Origin: an uncultured bacterium
GTDB lineage: Bacteria; Abyssobacteria; SURF-5
Assembly (NCBI GenBank): GCA_964607485.1
Contig: CAZSKP010000007.1
Span: forward strand, 1-58,106
Reading direction: 5' to 3'
DNA length: 58,106 nucleotides
Numbering within the stretch: the first letter of the stretch is position 1; the number at the start of each line of letters is the position of its first letter. The position numbers were made by a program, and so were the translations under genes. The notes below the pieces were generated by a model. It ran no database searches and was not told the origin of the DNA. It worked only from the letters and a program-made list of their open reading frames with translations. Shown piece after piece: positions 27,630 through 36,830 of the stretch.

Positions 27630-28991
27630 CTAGCTTTTCTCGCGCTTGATCTTGTGTTTTCGGATCTTGTAGTTTATCACGCGAGGGCTGATGCCGAGGA
27701 GTTTTGCGGCGTTCTTCTGTATCCATCCGGTGCGCTCGAGCGCCTGGATGATGAGCAGACGCTCGACCTCCATCAGCTTGATTCCTCCCTCGGGAATCTC
27801 CAGTATCTCCCTTCTCTTCGGCGGGCGCCTGTCGTAAAGAGCGATGTGTTCGGGCATTATCTTTGTTCCATCGCACATGATAACCGCGCGTTCGATCACG
27901 TTCTGAAGCTGCCGGATGTTGCCCGGCCAGTGGTAGTCTTCGAGCATTCTCATCGCGGGCGAGCTAACGCCGGATATCCTGTTGTTTATCTGGCCGGCAT
28001 ATTTCTTGAGGAAGAAGTTGACGAGGGGCTCGATGTCTTCGAGCCTGTCGCGCAGCGGAGCCAGCTCCATGGTGACGACGTTGAGCCGGTAGAACAAGTC
28101 CTCGCGGAACTGGCCCGAGTTCATCAGGTCGGAGAGGTCTTTGTTGGTGGCGGCGATGACCCTCACATCCACGTCGATGGTCTGTGTCCCGCCCAGCCGC
28201 TCGAACTGGTGTTCCTGGAGCACGCGCAGGATTTTCGCCTGCGTGCTCGCGCCCATGTCGCCGATTTCATCGAGGAAGATGGTGCCCGCGTCGGCCTGCT
28301 CGAAGCGGCCCACGCGCTGGCGATGCGCGCCGGTGAACGCCCCTTTCTCGTGGCCGAACAGCTCGCTTTCGAGAAGGTTTTCGGGAAGCGCGGCGCAGTT
28401 GACTTTGACGAAGCTGCTCTTGGTGCGGGGACTGTTGAAGTGAATCGCGCCGGCTATGAGTTCTTTTCCGGTACCCGTCTCGCCCACTATCAGGACCGTG
28501 GCGTCGGTGGGCGCGACCTTCCTCAGCAGCGAGAACACCTGCTTCATCGGGGGCGACACGCCGACGATGTCGTCGACGCGATAGATGAGCGGCTGCGTGT
28601 GGCGGAGGAAATCGATCTCCTTCCTCATCCGCCGGTTCTCGATGCTGTTCGAGATGCGCGAGAGCACCTCTTCGGCGCCGCTGGGCTGATGGATGAAATC
28701 CGCCGCCCCCCGGCGCGTCGCCTCTATCACCTGCTCGACGGCGGCATCGAGGGAGATGGGTATGAACACCGTCTGGGGACTTTGCGTCAGAAATTCCTCG
28801 AGGAACGCCGCCGCCTTGGCGTCGAACCTGTTCACCTCGAGCAGTGCGGCGTCGTATTGCAGCTCTGCGGAAAGGGATATCGCCGACGGGAACGACTGCG
28901 CCCAGTCGAGCTGCATCTTCGTTTTGTCTATGACCTTGGTGAGTTGCTCCTTTAGCCCGTCGTCTTTGCTCACGAGAAGTATGTGTTTCAT
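27630..28991 (-). CDS. Sigma-54-dependent transcriptional activator (NtrC-like) with atypical receiver domain
   Basis: GETGTGKE, ESELFGHEKGAFTGA, LDEIG, REDLFYRL, WPGNIRQL, C-terminal Fis-type HTH. Confidence 0.95.
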   Translation of the reverse strand: MKHILLVSKDDGLKEQLTKVIDKTKMQLDWAQSFPSAISLSAELQYDAALLEVNRFDAKAAAFLEEFLTQSPQTVFIPISLDAAVEQVIEATRRGAADFIHQPSGAEEVLSRISNSIENRRMRKEIDFLRHTQPLIYRVDDIVGVSPPMKQVFSLLRKVAPTDATVLIVGETGTGKELIAGAIHFNSPRTKSSFVKVNCAALPENLLESELFGHEKGAFTGAHRQRVGRFEQADAGTIFLDEIGDMGASTQAKILRVLQEHQFERLGGTQTIDVDVRVIAATNKDLSDLMNSGQFREDLFYRLNVVTMELAPLRDRLEDIEPLVNFFLKKYAGQINNRISGVSSPAMRMLEDYHWPGNIRQLQNVIERAVIMCDGTKIMPEHIALYDRRPPKRREILEIPEGGIKLMEVERLLIIQALERTGWIQKNAAKLLGISPRVINYKIRKHKIKREKS

Positions 28992-29009
28992 GCTTTTCTT
29001 TTCTGGATG

Positions 29010-29954
29010 TTAGGAGAGCGTCTCGACCAGCGAGTTCACTCTCTCTCGGTATTCGTTATACTTGCCGATGAAGCTGTCGAGCTTCTCCTTGCCCAAATCG
29101 GGTCGCTCGGCGAGAATGATCTTCCAGGCCAGGCTGTCTCCGAACGATTCCGACGATTGTTCGTTTTCCGTGAAGTTCAGCTCGGGCTCGCAGGCCAGGA
29201 TGTCGGCCAGGTGGACGATGGCCGTCAGCGCCGGCTTTCGGCTCGGCTCGGCGAGCGCGAGCACGTCGAGCGGGCGATGGTGATACGTGATCGACTCGAC
29301 CAGAATCGTGGGCAGATGCCAGCTCTGGGCGAGCCATGAGCCCAGCGTGGCGTGGTCCACGCCCATCACCCGCGATTCCGCTTCCAGCAGCGGAATCTCT
29401 TCCTTTTCCCGCATGCCCCAGATTTCCTTCAGTTTCGGGTGAAAATACTGGTCCATGATAAGCTTTCCGATGTCGTGAATCAAGCCGGCGACGAAATCGA
29501 CGCCCTCGGTGTCGAACCGGAGTTCACGCGCGAGCATCTGCGCCGCCGAAGCGCACCCGAACGAGTGCCGCCAGAATTTCGTGCGGTCGAATCCGCCCGC
29601 TCGTTTTTGAGAGGGGAATATGCGCACGATGGAAATACTTGTGACCATATTGATTACTTCGTTGAGCCCGAGAATAGTCAGTGCCAGTTGAAGGGAGGCA
29701 ACTTTTTCGCGAACTCCGTAATATGGCGAGTTCGCAACCCTCAAGATGTTGGCCGCGAGAGAGGGATCTCTCTCAACCATCTTGGAAATTTCACCCATGG
29801 AGGATTTCTCGCTGGCGATGAGTTCGAGAATCCTCATGGGAACCTCGGGAAGAGTGGGAAGGGCGCCTATCTGTTCGACTTCGCGCCTGATTTTTTCGAG
29901 CGTTGGCGGCGGCATCTCCCCGGCAAATTCCTGCGCAGAGCGCGTATCGCTCAT
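29010..29954 (-). CDS. HDOD domain protein
   Basis: LPTLP, DPSLAANILRVANSPYYG, FWRHS, AGLIHDIGK, HATLG...W.LP. Confidence 0.93.
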   Translation of the reverse strand: MSDTRSAQEFAGEMPPPTLEKIRREVEQIGALPTLPEVPMRILELIASEKSSMGEISKMVERDPSLAANILRVANSPYYGVREKVASLQLALTILGLNEVINMVTSISIVRIFPSQKRAGGFDRTKFWRHSFGCASAAQMLARELRFDTEGVDFVAGLIHDIGKLIMDQYFHPKLKEIWGMREKEEIPLLEAESRVMGVDHATLGSWLAQSWHLPTILVESITYHHRPLDVLALAEPSRKPALTAIVHLADILACEPELNFTENEQSSESFGDSLAWKIILAERPDLGKEKLDSFIGKYNEYRERVNSLVETLS

Positions 29955-30064
29955 TTTGTCTCCCCGCGTGGTGATGACAGTATTGTAACACAGCGGCCGC
30001 TCTCTTGGCAAATCCCGGTCCGTCCCCGGCGCGCATGCGGCCCATCGACACGTAAGGCGTGAGG

Positions 30065-30094
30065 TTGCACATAGTTAAGTTTGCCTGATATAAT
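30065..30094 (+). promoter_or_regulatory. Promoter of rnpB
   Basis: TTGCAC, 18 bp ending TGA, TATAAT, 7 bp upstream of the RNA 5' end. Confidence 0.7.
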
Positions 30095-30101
30095 AATAAG
30101 C

Positions 30102-30505
30102 GGAGCAGGCCGGATGGCCGCGGCCCCGCTTTGCCCGGGGCTGAGGAAAGTCCGAGCTCCACAGGGCAGGATGCTCGCTAACGGCGAGTGGGGGCGACCC
30201 TAAGGAAAGCGCAACAGAAAACACACCGCCGGAACCCGCCCGATGGGCGAGGTGAGCCAGCGCCGCTCAAGGCGCGCCGGTAAGGGTGAAATGGTGCGGT
30301 AAGAGCGCACCGGCGGCGGGGCGACCCGCCGGCCTGGCAAGCCCCATCCGGAGCAAGATCAAATAGGGAGGCGACGGAGCGGCCCGCTCCACGTGCCTCC
30401 GGGTTCGATCGCTCGAGGTGTCCGGCAACGGACATCCCAGACGAATGGCCATCTCGGTTCCGCCTGAGGCGGGACTAGACAGAACTCGGCTTACAGGCCT
30501 GCTCC
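30102..30505 (+). ncRNA. rnpB: Ribonuclease P RNA, bacterial type A
   Basis: GAGGAAAGTCCGAGCTCC, GGAAAGCGCAACAGAAA, GGGTGAAATGGTGCGGTAAGAGCGCAC, ACAGAACTCGGCTTA; P1 GGAGCAGGCC / GGCCTGCTCC. Confidence 0.98.
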
Positions 30506-30519
30506 AACAGATTCCGTTC

Positions 30520-30560
30520 GCGGGGGAAGCTTCCCAAAGAAGTTTCCCCCGCTGCCTTTC
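30520..30560 (+). terminator. Hairpin downstream of rnpB (probable terminator)
   Basis: GCGGGGGAAGCTTC / GAAGTTTCCCCCGC stem; weak U-tract. Confidence 0.55.
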
Positions 30561-30653
30561 TCCATGCAGCCTTGCCAATTCCCGCAGATTGATGTAATGT
30601 ACTTTTGTTAAGTCGCTGACCTCGGAGCGATAGAGCGAGAAGAGATTCCTTTG

Positions 30654-31907
30654 ATGGAACACATGATCGCGCACGAAGTGGGCGTGTACGTCGGTTTGTT
30701 GCTGATCACGTGCGCCGTCGGCATCCTGACGAACTATTTGGCGCATCTTCCCTACACGATAGCGCTCACGCTTGTCGGATTGGGCATCAGCTTCTTCCAC
30801 TTCGGACCCGAGATAGCCGAGACCGGCTTCGGCAAAGAGCTCATCTTCTTCGTGATGCTGCCGCCGCTGTTGTTCCAGGGCGCGCTGCATCTGGACCTCA
30901 ATCGGCTCCTCGAACACTTTTGGCCCATCTGCATTTTTGCCGTGCTCGGGGTGTTGATCTCCACGTTTGTCATTGGCGGGATGGTTTTCTGGGTCGGCGG
31001 CATCGGCAGCCTGCTCGTGGCGCTGCTGTTCGGGGCGATGATATCTCCGACCGACCCGGTGAGCGTGCTTGCAATCTTTAAGACGATGGGCGTGCCCGAC
31101 AGCCTGCGCTATCTGGTCGAAGGCGAGTCGCTTTTCAACGACGGGACGGGCGTGGTCATCTTCACCATTATTCTGGACATGTCGCTCGGCGCAAGCGAGT
31201 TCCACGCCGTGCACGCGCTGGGCGAATTCGTCAAGGTGACGGCGGGCGGCCTGCTGCTCGGAGGTGGGCTGGGCGCCATCACATTTTTCATAATGGGACG
31301 GTTGGACGACCATCTCTTGGAAAACGCCATCTGCCTGGTGCTCGCATACGGCTCGTTTTGGCTGGCCGAGTCGGTCCATTTTTCCGGCGTGATCGCCGTC
31401 GTAATGGCAGGCTTGATGATCGGCAACTACGGGCGCCGTTTCTCGATGAGCAAGAAGACCACCGCGACGGTCGAAACATTCTTCGAATCAATCGATTTTC
31501 TCGTCAATTCTTTGCTGTTCATTCTGATTGGACTGGAGCTGCAGACACTCACTCTCGCCGACCTGGCGCAAAATGTTCGCCCGCTCATCGTAGCAATAGT
31601 GGCGATGCTTGCAGCGCGGGCGGTCGTCGTCTATCCGCTGTACTTCGCGACCAATCTGGTAGGGCGAATTCGTCCGACCAACTGGTCGCATGTGCTGTTC
31701 TGGGGCGGCCTGCGAGGGTCGATACCGATCGCTTTGCTGCTCGGCCTGCCCCGAAGCGCGCTGCTCGATTCGTACCGCACCCCGCTTCTCGTGGCCGGAT
31801 TCGGAGTCGTGTTTTTTTCTCTCGTCTTCCAGGGAATCACAATGAAGCCTCTTCTTGCGACATTGAACGTCGGCGAGCCGGAATACGCACATCCGGCTGA
31901 TGATTAG
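30654..31907 (+). CDS. CPA1-family Na+/H+ antiporter (NhaP/NhaG-like)
   Basis: LPPLLF, SPTDPVSV, EGESLFNDG, SGVIAVV, WGGLRG. Confidence 0.94.
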   Translation: MEHMIAHEVGVYVGLLLITCAVGILTNYLAHLPYTIALTLVGLGISFFHFGPEIAETGFGKELIFFVMLPPLLFQGALHLDLNRLLEHFWPICIFAVLGVLISTFVIGGMVFWVGGIGSLLVALLFGAMISPTDPVSVLAIFKTMGVPDSLRYLVEGESLFNDGTGVVIFTIILDMSLGASEFHAVHALGEFVKVTAGGLLLGGGLGAITFFIMGRLDDHLLENAICLVLAYGSFWLAESVHFSGVIAVVMAGLMIGNYGRRFSMSKKTTATVETFFESIDFLVNSLLFILIGLELQTLTLADLAQNVRPLIVAIVAMLAARAVVVYPLYFATNLVGRIRPTNWSHVLFWGGLRGSIPIALLLGLPRSALLDSYRTPLLVAGFGVVFFSLVFQGITMKPLLATLNVGEPEYAHPADD

Positions 31908-32028
31908 CCCGATGAGCGTCGTTAATGTAAAATGGAACAGGATTCCGGCGCAGTTCTGCGCTGCTTTGGGATAATCGAAGGCATCAAACCGCCGCGCAAT
32001 AGGACAGGCGAAGGATTGGAAGGAAGCG

Positions 32029-34656
32029 GTGAAGTGGTTCTCCGATAGAAGGCGTTTTCTCAAGCGCGCCGGTATAGTCTTGCTCGCACTGGCGGTCGTG
32101 TTGCTTGTCGCCGCAATTGCCATCAGGATATTCTTCCCCGGAGAGCGAATCAGGAGCATGCTGACGAATGAGCTGTCGCGCGAACTCAATCGGGGTGTGA
32201 CCATAGAGAATGTCTCCATCGGCTTCTATCCCGACGCCGAAGTCGTGGCGAGCGGAATCAGCATAGTTGACCCTCAGACATCGCGGGAGATGATTTCGGC
32301 TCGAAAAGTCCGCCTCGACCTGAACCTCCTGAAGCTGTTGGAGCGGAAATACGAACTGGAGAGCATCACGGTCAGCTCTCCCAGGCTCGACCTCGTCCGC
32401 GCGGCCGATGGGAAATGGAACGTGGAAGAGCTCATCGAAAGCATGAGGCCCAAAGAAACTCCGGGAGCGAAGGAGGAAGCCGAGAAGAAACCCGGCAAGC
32501 TGGAGATCGGCCCCATCCATATACATAACGGGACCGTCGAGATGCGCGACGACGCGTCCGGGACGAGTCTGAGCGTCCGCAAGATTGCGGCGACCATCGA
32601 TCTGACGGGCGAGAGCGTACACCTCAATTCGGCATCGGTCTCCTACCCGCCCATCCAGGCGAAGCTCGCCGGCACGGTCTCGCAGTTTTCCAAACCGTAT
32701 CCCGTTCTCGACCTCAACGCCGATATCCGTGTGAAGAAGACAGGCAAGCTCGCGGACTTTCGCGCGGGCTCTCTCCCGGCCGGCGCGACGATTGCCGAGG
32801 TCTCTGCGAAAGCTACGGGACCGACACGCGAGATTGCGCTGAACGGGAACTTCTCGTTGAACCGGCTGGCGACGAACGGCCTCGATACGAAGGGAAAGCT
32901 GGTCTGCAAGCTCGAACCGGAAGCGGGTCTTCTAAAGGTTGCATCTTTCGACGCGCACGCCGGCAAGAGCACGCTCTCGCTCTCGGGCGTCTGCAACAAC
33001 ATCATGACCGAAGGGCGGACGGCCAGCCTCGAGGGGACGGGCACAATCTCCCTCGAAGATGCTTTCAGTCTAGCAGGCGACGAGCTCGCGTCGAAAATCG
33101 AGCCGCAGGGCACAACGGACGCGTCGCTCGCGCTTGCAGGCTCCATGGAACGCGTTGGGCTCAAAACGAACTTCGATCTCACCAACGCCGGCATGGTCGT
33201 TCCCAATCTTATGGCCAAGCAGCCCGGAACGCCCGGCTCGCTCCAGGTGGACGCTCACTACGAAACCCCGGATGAAATCGTCGTGGACAACTTCGATCTT
33301 GCGATTGGAGATGCAAAGCTTCACGGCAATGGGCGGATGAAACCCGGCGAGGAGCCATGGGCGCAGGCGTCGGTCGGCACGGTCGATTTTCCTCTGAAAA
33401 GTCTGGACCGACTGCCGTCCATCAGCTTCGATGACGGGACGGCCTCGCTCGCCGCCGAGGTGTGGCAGTCGAATCCGTCCGAAAAGGGGATAAATTACAG
33501 CGGCGAAGCGCGGGTCAACGGCGCGCTCCTCACGGCGAAGGGCGTGAGCGAGCCGGTCAAAGACCTGAACGCCGACATCAAATTGTCCGACCAAAAAGCG
33601 GACGTGGCATCGGCCTCGTTCTCGTTTGCAGAATCGAACTTTGACACGAAGGCGGAAATCACCGATTTCAGCACGCCGCATGTCGTCGGAACCGTTCACG
33701 CCGATATGCTGGACATAGACGCGATTGCAGGCGCGGTCGAAAAAGAGAAGGATGAAGGCGAAAAATCCGCTCCCGCCGACGCGAAAGCTCCTTCCGGCTT
33801 TTCGATAGAAATGCTCGTCACGGCCGATGCGATGCAGGCCGGCAAGCTAAAGACGGGGCCCGTTTCCGTCGAATGGCGGACGTCGGGCCAGTCGCACACG
33901 TTCGACCCGTTTCAAATTCAGGCGTTCGGGGGCGAGATTCGCGGGTCGTCGGAGCTTCATCCCACCGAGGACGGAATGAGCTGGGCGGCCGACTTCAGCG
34001 GACACGGCATGAGGCTTGAGAGCATTGTGGACCAGTTTGAAACCGAAAGAACGAAGGCCAAGGGCCTCGTGAGCGCGAAGGGAAAGCTGGGCGGCATCGC
34101 GGCCCCGGAGGCCAAAGAGGCGCTGAGGTCTCTGGATGGCGACGTGAGGGTCACCGTGATGGACGGCGAGATCAGGCAGTATCCATTGCTCAAAAGCATC
34201 TTTCTGTTGATGCAGGCGCCCATCGGTCCCGCGCTCGTGCCCGGAGTGAGGGAAGTGACGATTCTCAACACGCTCGTCGATGCCGCGAGGACGGGCGGCC
34301 GCTCGCTCGACCCTTCAAACATCATGTTCACGAAAATAGACGGGACCTTCCATTTCACCGACGGCGTGGCTCACACCGAAGACCTGCGACTCGAGAGCGG
34401 CATGGTCAACTTGAGCTGCAAGGGCGACATCGACCTTCCGGAAAGCCAGATGGACATGAAGATACGCGCCGCCCCGCTGGGCGCGGTCGGCTCGCTGATA
34501 GAGAAAGTGCCCCTCGCCGGCGAGAAACTGAAGCAGGCGAAGGAAGCCGCTCTCTCAACCGATTTCATCGCGCGCGGCCCGATTGCCGACCCGAAGGTAA
34601 CGCTGGCCGCAGTAGAGAAGCTAAAGAATGCGGTGAACGGAAAGAAGGAAGAATAG
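32029..34656 (+). CDS. AsmA-family protein
   Basis: N-terminal anchor, LNREVTI-like segment and DGKWN motif, beta-rich repeats, AsmA-like C-terminus (GVAHTEDL...GDIDL...F.ARGPIADP); GTG start. Confidence 0.85.
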   Translation: MKWFSDRRRFLKRAGIVLLALAVVLLVAAIAIRIFFPGERIRSMLTNELSRELNRGVTIENVSIGFYPDAEVVASGISIVDPQTSREMISARKVRLDLNLLKLLERKYELESITVSSPRLDLVRAADGKWNVEELIESMRPKETPGAKEEAEKKPGKLEIGPIHIHNGTVEMRDDASGTSLSVRKIAATIDLTGESVHLNSASVSYPPIQAKLAGTVSQFSKPYPVLDLNADIRVKKTGKLADFRAGSLPAGATIAEVSAKATGPTREIALNGNFSLNRLATNGLDTKGKLVCKLEPEAGLLKVASFDAHAGKSTLSLSGVCNNIMTEGRTASLEGTGTISLEDAFSLAGDELASKIEPQGTTDASLALAGSMERVGLKTNFDLTNAGMVVPNLMAKQPGTPGSLQVDAHYETPDEIVVDNFDLAIGDAKLHGNGRMKPGEEPWAQASVGTVDFPLKSLDRLPSISFDDGTASLAAEVWQSNPSEKGINYSGEARVNGALLTAKGVSEPVKDLNADIKLSDQKADVASASFSFAESNFDTKAEITDFSTPHVVGTVHADMLDIDAIAGAVEKEKDEGEKSAPADAKAPSGFSIEMLVTADAMQAGKLKTGPVSVEWRTSGQSHTFDPFQIQAFGGEIRGSSELHPTEDGMSWAADFSGHGMRLESIVDQFETERTKAKGLVSAKGKLGGIAAPEAKEALRSLDGDVRVTVMDGEIRQYPLLKSIFLLMQAPIGPALVPGVREVTILNTLVDAARTGGRSLDPSNIMFTKIDGTFHFTDGVAHTEDLRLESGMVNLSCKGDIDLPESQMDMKIRAAPLGAVGSLIEKVPLAGEKLKQAKEAALSTDFIARGPIADPKVTLAAVEKLKNAVNGKKEE

Positions 34657-34686
34657 AAGAGTATTCCGGATTATCCCGGACTACGT

Positions 34687-36339
34687 TTACGTTCTTCTTA
34701 TTACCCTGCCGGCGAATGCGTCGGCGTCGTACGCGCCTTTTTCGAGCACGACCGTTCCGTTGATGAGGACGTGCTCGATCCCTTCCGATAATTGCCTCGG
34801 ATTCCCGAAACTGGCGCGGTCTATCACCGTGTCAGGGTTGAATACAGTGATGTCCGCATAGGCGCCCTTGCGGATGACACCCCGGTCCTTGAGCCCCATC
34901 TGTTTGGCCGGGAGAGAGGTCATCTTGCGGACGGCCTCCTCCTGCGTCATCACGCCTTCGTCGCGGGCGATGCGGCCGAGCACTTTCGTGAACGCGCCGT
35001 ATGCGACCGGGTTGATGTTGTTGTGGTCGGCCCCGACGATGTCGGACGCGACGGAGCAGTTCGGGTCGGTGAGCGCCTTTGCTATGGCCTCGTCGTCCAT
35101 CGGATTGTCGAACGCGCCGCCGGTCACGATGATCCTGCCTCTTTCGTCCAGCGTGAGGTCGAACACCGTGTCGAACGGGTCCTTATTCAAAGCGGCGGCA
35201 ATCTGTTCGACGCTCATGTGCTCGAACCGAAGGTTCTTCTCGCTGCGGAACCCGCTCAGGCATATGAGCGACCATGAGCTGAACGCGTTGTGGTAATGAT
35301 TGTCCGTCCACCAACTGTGCTCCCAGTTGGGCCACGCGGGCACGACGGTTTCCCATCCGTGGACTATTCGCCTGCGAACGATGGGGTCTTCGAGCCGCGG
35401 GAAAAATTTGTCGAGGCCGCCGTCGAAGGCCTCGGGCGGGAAGAGCGAGATGAGCGTCGTCGAGCCGGTGGCGTAGGGGATATAGTCGTGCCCGATATTC
35501 ACGCCGCGCCCTATCGCCTCCTCGATCGCCTTGTTCGCCCCTTCGAGCACGCTCGGGTCGTCGCGGACGAAGCTCCCGTGATGGGAGATGTGCAGGGGGA
35601 TCCTGAGCTCTTCGGCGACTCTGATTACCTCCTGGACGGCCTCAGGGTAGGTCTCGCTCATGCCGCGGGTGTGCGGCACGACGGGCGCGCCGAACTCGGT
35701 CAGGACGGAGGCCACCTCGATTATCTCGTTCGTGTGCGAATAGACGCCGGGAACGTAGTACAGCCCAAGCGACAGCCCTATCGAGCCGGCCTCGAGCGAT
35801 TCCCTCAGCATCTTCTTCATCGCCGAAATTTCTTCGGGATTGGCGAAGCGCCCCTTAAACCCCATGACGTTGGTGCGCAGCATTCCGTGGCCGGTGAGGA
35901 TCGCGACGTTGAACGCCTGCCCGTTCCTCTCGAGGAAATCGAGATACTCGGCCATCGTCGTCCACTCGTACTTCAGGCCGTCGCGGGGAAGCGCGAAATT
36001 CCAGTACGTGCTGACGGTGTCTTCGTACGCGTGATTTATCGGCGCCGGGCTCCAGCCGCAATTGCCGGCGACTATGGTTGTCACGCCTTGATGCGCCCAA
36101 CTTTCCAGCACCTGCGCGTGCCGCGGCGACGGGAGAAAGAAATCCAGGTGCGTGTGCACGTCGATGAATCCGGGCGCGACGACCAGCCCGGCCGCGTCTA
36201 TCACCTTCGACGCGTTGGCCGTCGGGAAGAGGCCCATGTCCTTGATACGGTCGCCGTCGATGAGCACGTCGGCTCTTTTGGCCGGCTCGCCAGTGCCGTC
36301 CATAACCATCCCGTCTTTTATCAACACGTCGCTGCTCAT
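34687..36339 (-). CDS. N-acyl-D-amino-acid deacylase (amidohydrolase family)
   Basis: MSSDVLIKDGMVMDGTG, PGFIDVHTHLD, QGVTTIVAGNCG, KMTSLPA, GAYADITVF; the ORF-track extension to 36588 runs through a REP element. Confidence 0.92.
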   Translation of the reverse strand: MSSDVLIKDGMVMDGTGEPAKRADVLIDGDRIKDMGLFPTANASKVIDAAGLVVAPGFIDVHTHLDFFLPSPRHAQVLESWAHQGVTTIVAGNCGWSPAPINHAYEDTVSTYWNFALPRDGLKYEWTTMAEYLDFLERNGQAFNVAILTGHGMLRTNVMGFKGRFANPEEISAMKKMLRESLEAGSIGLSLGLYYVPGVYSHTNEIIEVASVLTEFGAPVVPHTRGMSETYPEAVQEVIRVAEELRIPLHISHHGSFVRDDPSVLEGANKAIEEAIGRGVNIGHDYIPYATGSTTLISLFPPEAFDGGLDKFFPRLEDPIVRRRIVHGWETVVPAWPNWEHSWWTDNHYHNAFSSWSLICLSGFRSEKNLRFEHMSVEQIAAALNKDPFDTVFDLTLDERGRIIVTGGAFDNPMDDEAIAKALTDPNCSVASDIVGADHNNINPVAYGAFTKVLGRIARDEGVMTQEEAVRKMTSLPAKQMGLKDRGVIRKGAYADITVFNPDTVIDRASFGNPRQLSEGIEHVLINGTVVLEKGAYDADAFAGRVIRRT

Positions 36340-36424
36340 CGGGCGACCTCCTCGCTTCATCGGGCGACCTCGTCTCATCCGAAGGCCTCCTCGGTTGTCC
36401 GCACTCATGGGAGACAAGCGTCTT

Positions 36425-36553
36425 GCAGGCAAGATGCCTGCGCTACGACGGTTCTGAAGCAGCGCATACCATTCGGCCTCGCTCATGGCGGGCTTCCATC
36501 CTGCAAGGAGAAGCTCTACGACGCCTCTGACGTAGCGCAGGCTTCCAGCCTGC
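36425..36553. repeat. REP doublet (REPIN), inverted and expanded copy of 23655-23711
   Basis: gcaggcaagatgcctgcgctac (36425-36446) and gtagcgcaggcttccagcctgc (36532-36553) are exact reverse complements of the two REPs of copy 1. Confidence 0.85.
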
Positions 36554-36721
36554 AAATGGAAGCCCTGCATGGCGCCGCTTGGCTGCATAGCATCAAGACA
36601 GACGCGGTCTATTTTAGCACCTGGCGAGTTCCTGCGTCAAAGCGGCTTGCGCTCGCGGCGGTTGCGGAAAATCTTTGACCCACGGTCTGTTGATGAGGAC
36701 TACTCGATTTCTTATACTGCC

Positions 36722-36750
36722 TTGCTTTATCGGGAGGGATTCTATAGAAT
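36722..36750 (+). promoter_or_regulatory. Putative sigma70 promoter of the enoyl-CoA hydratase gene
   Basis: TTGCTT, 17 bp, TAGAAT. Confidence 0.55.
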
Positions 36751-36830
36751 TTCCCTACTGAATTCGGAATAAAGCGGCCCTCTCATATTCAGCCGGACGG
36801 CTGCGCGGCCAACCATATGGAGGTAAGGGA

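Noticed and set aside
30178-30435. Small ORF on the minus strand
   Set aside because: It lies inside the RNase P RNA gene.
36340-36588. 83-aa N-terminal extension of the deacylase
   Set aside because: It is translated REP and duplicated-RBS sequence. Family similarity starts at MSSDVLIKDG.
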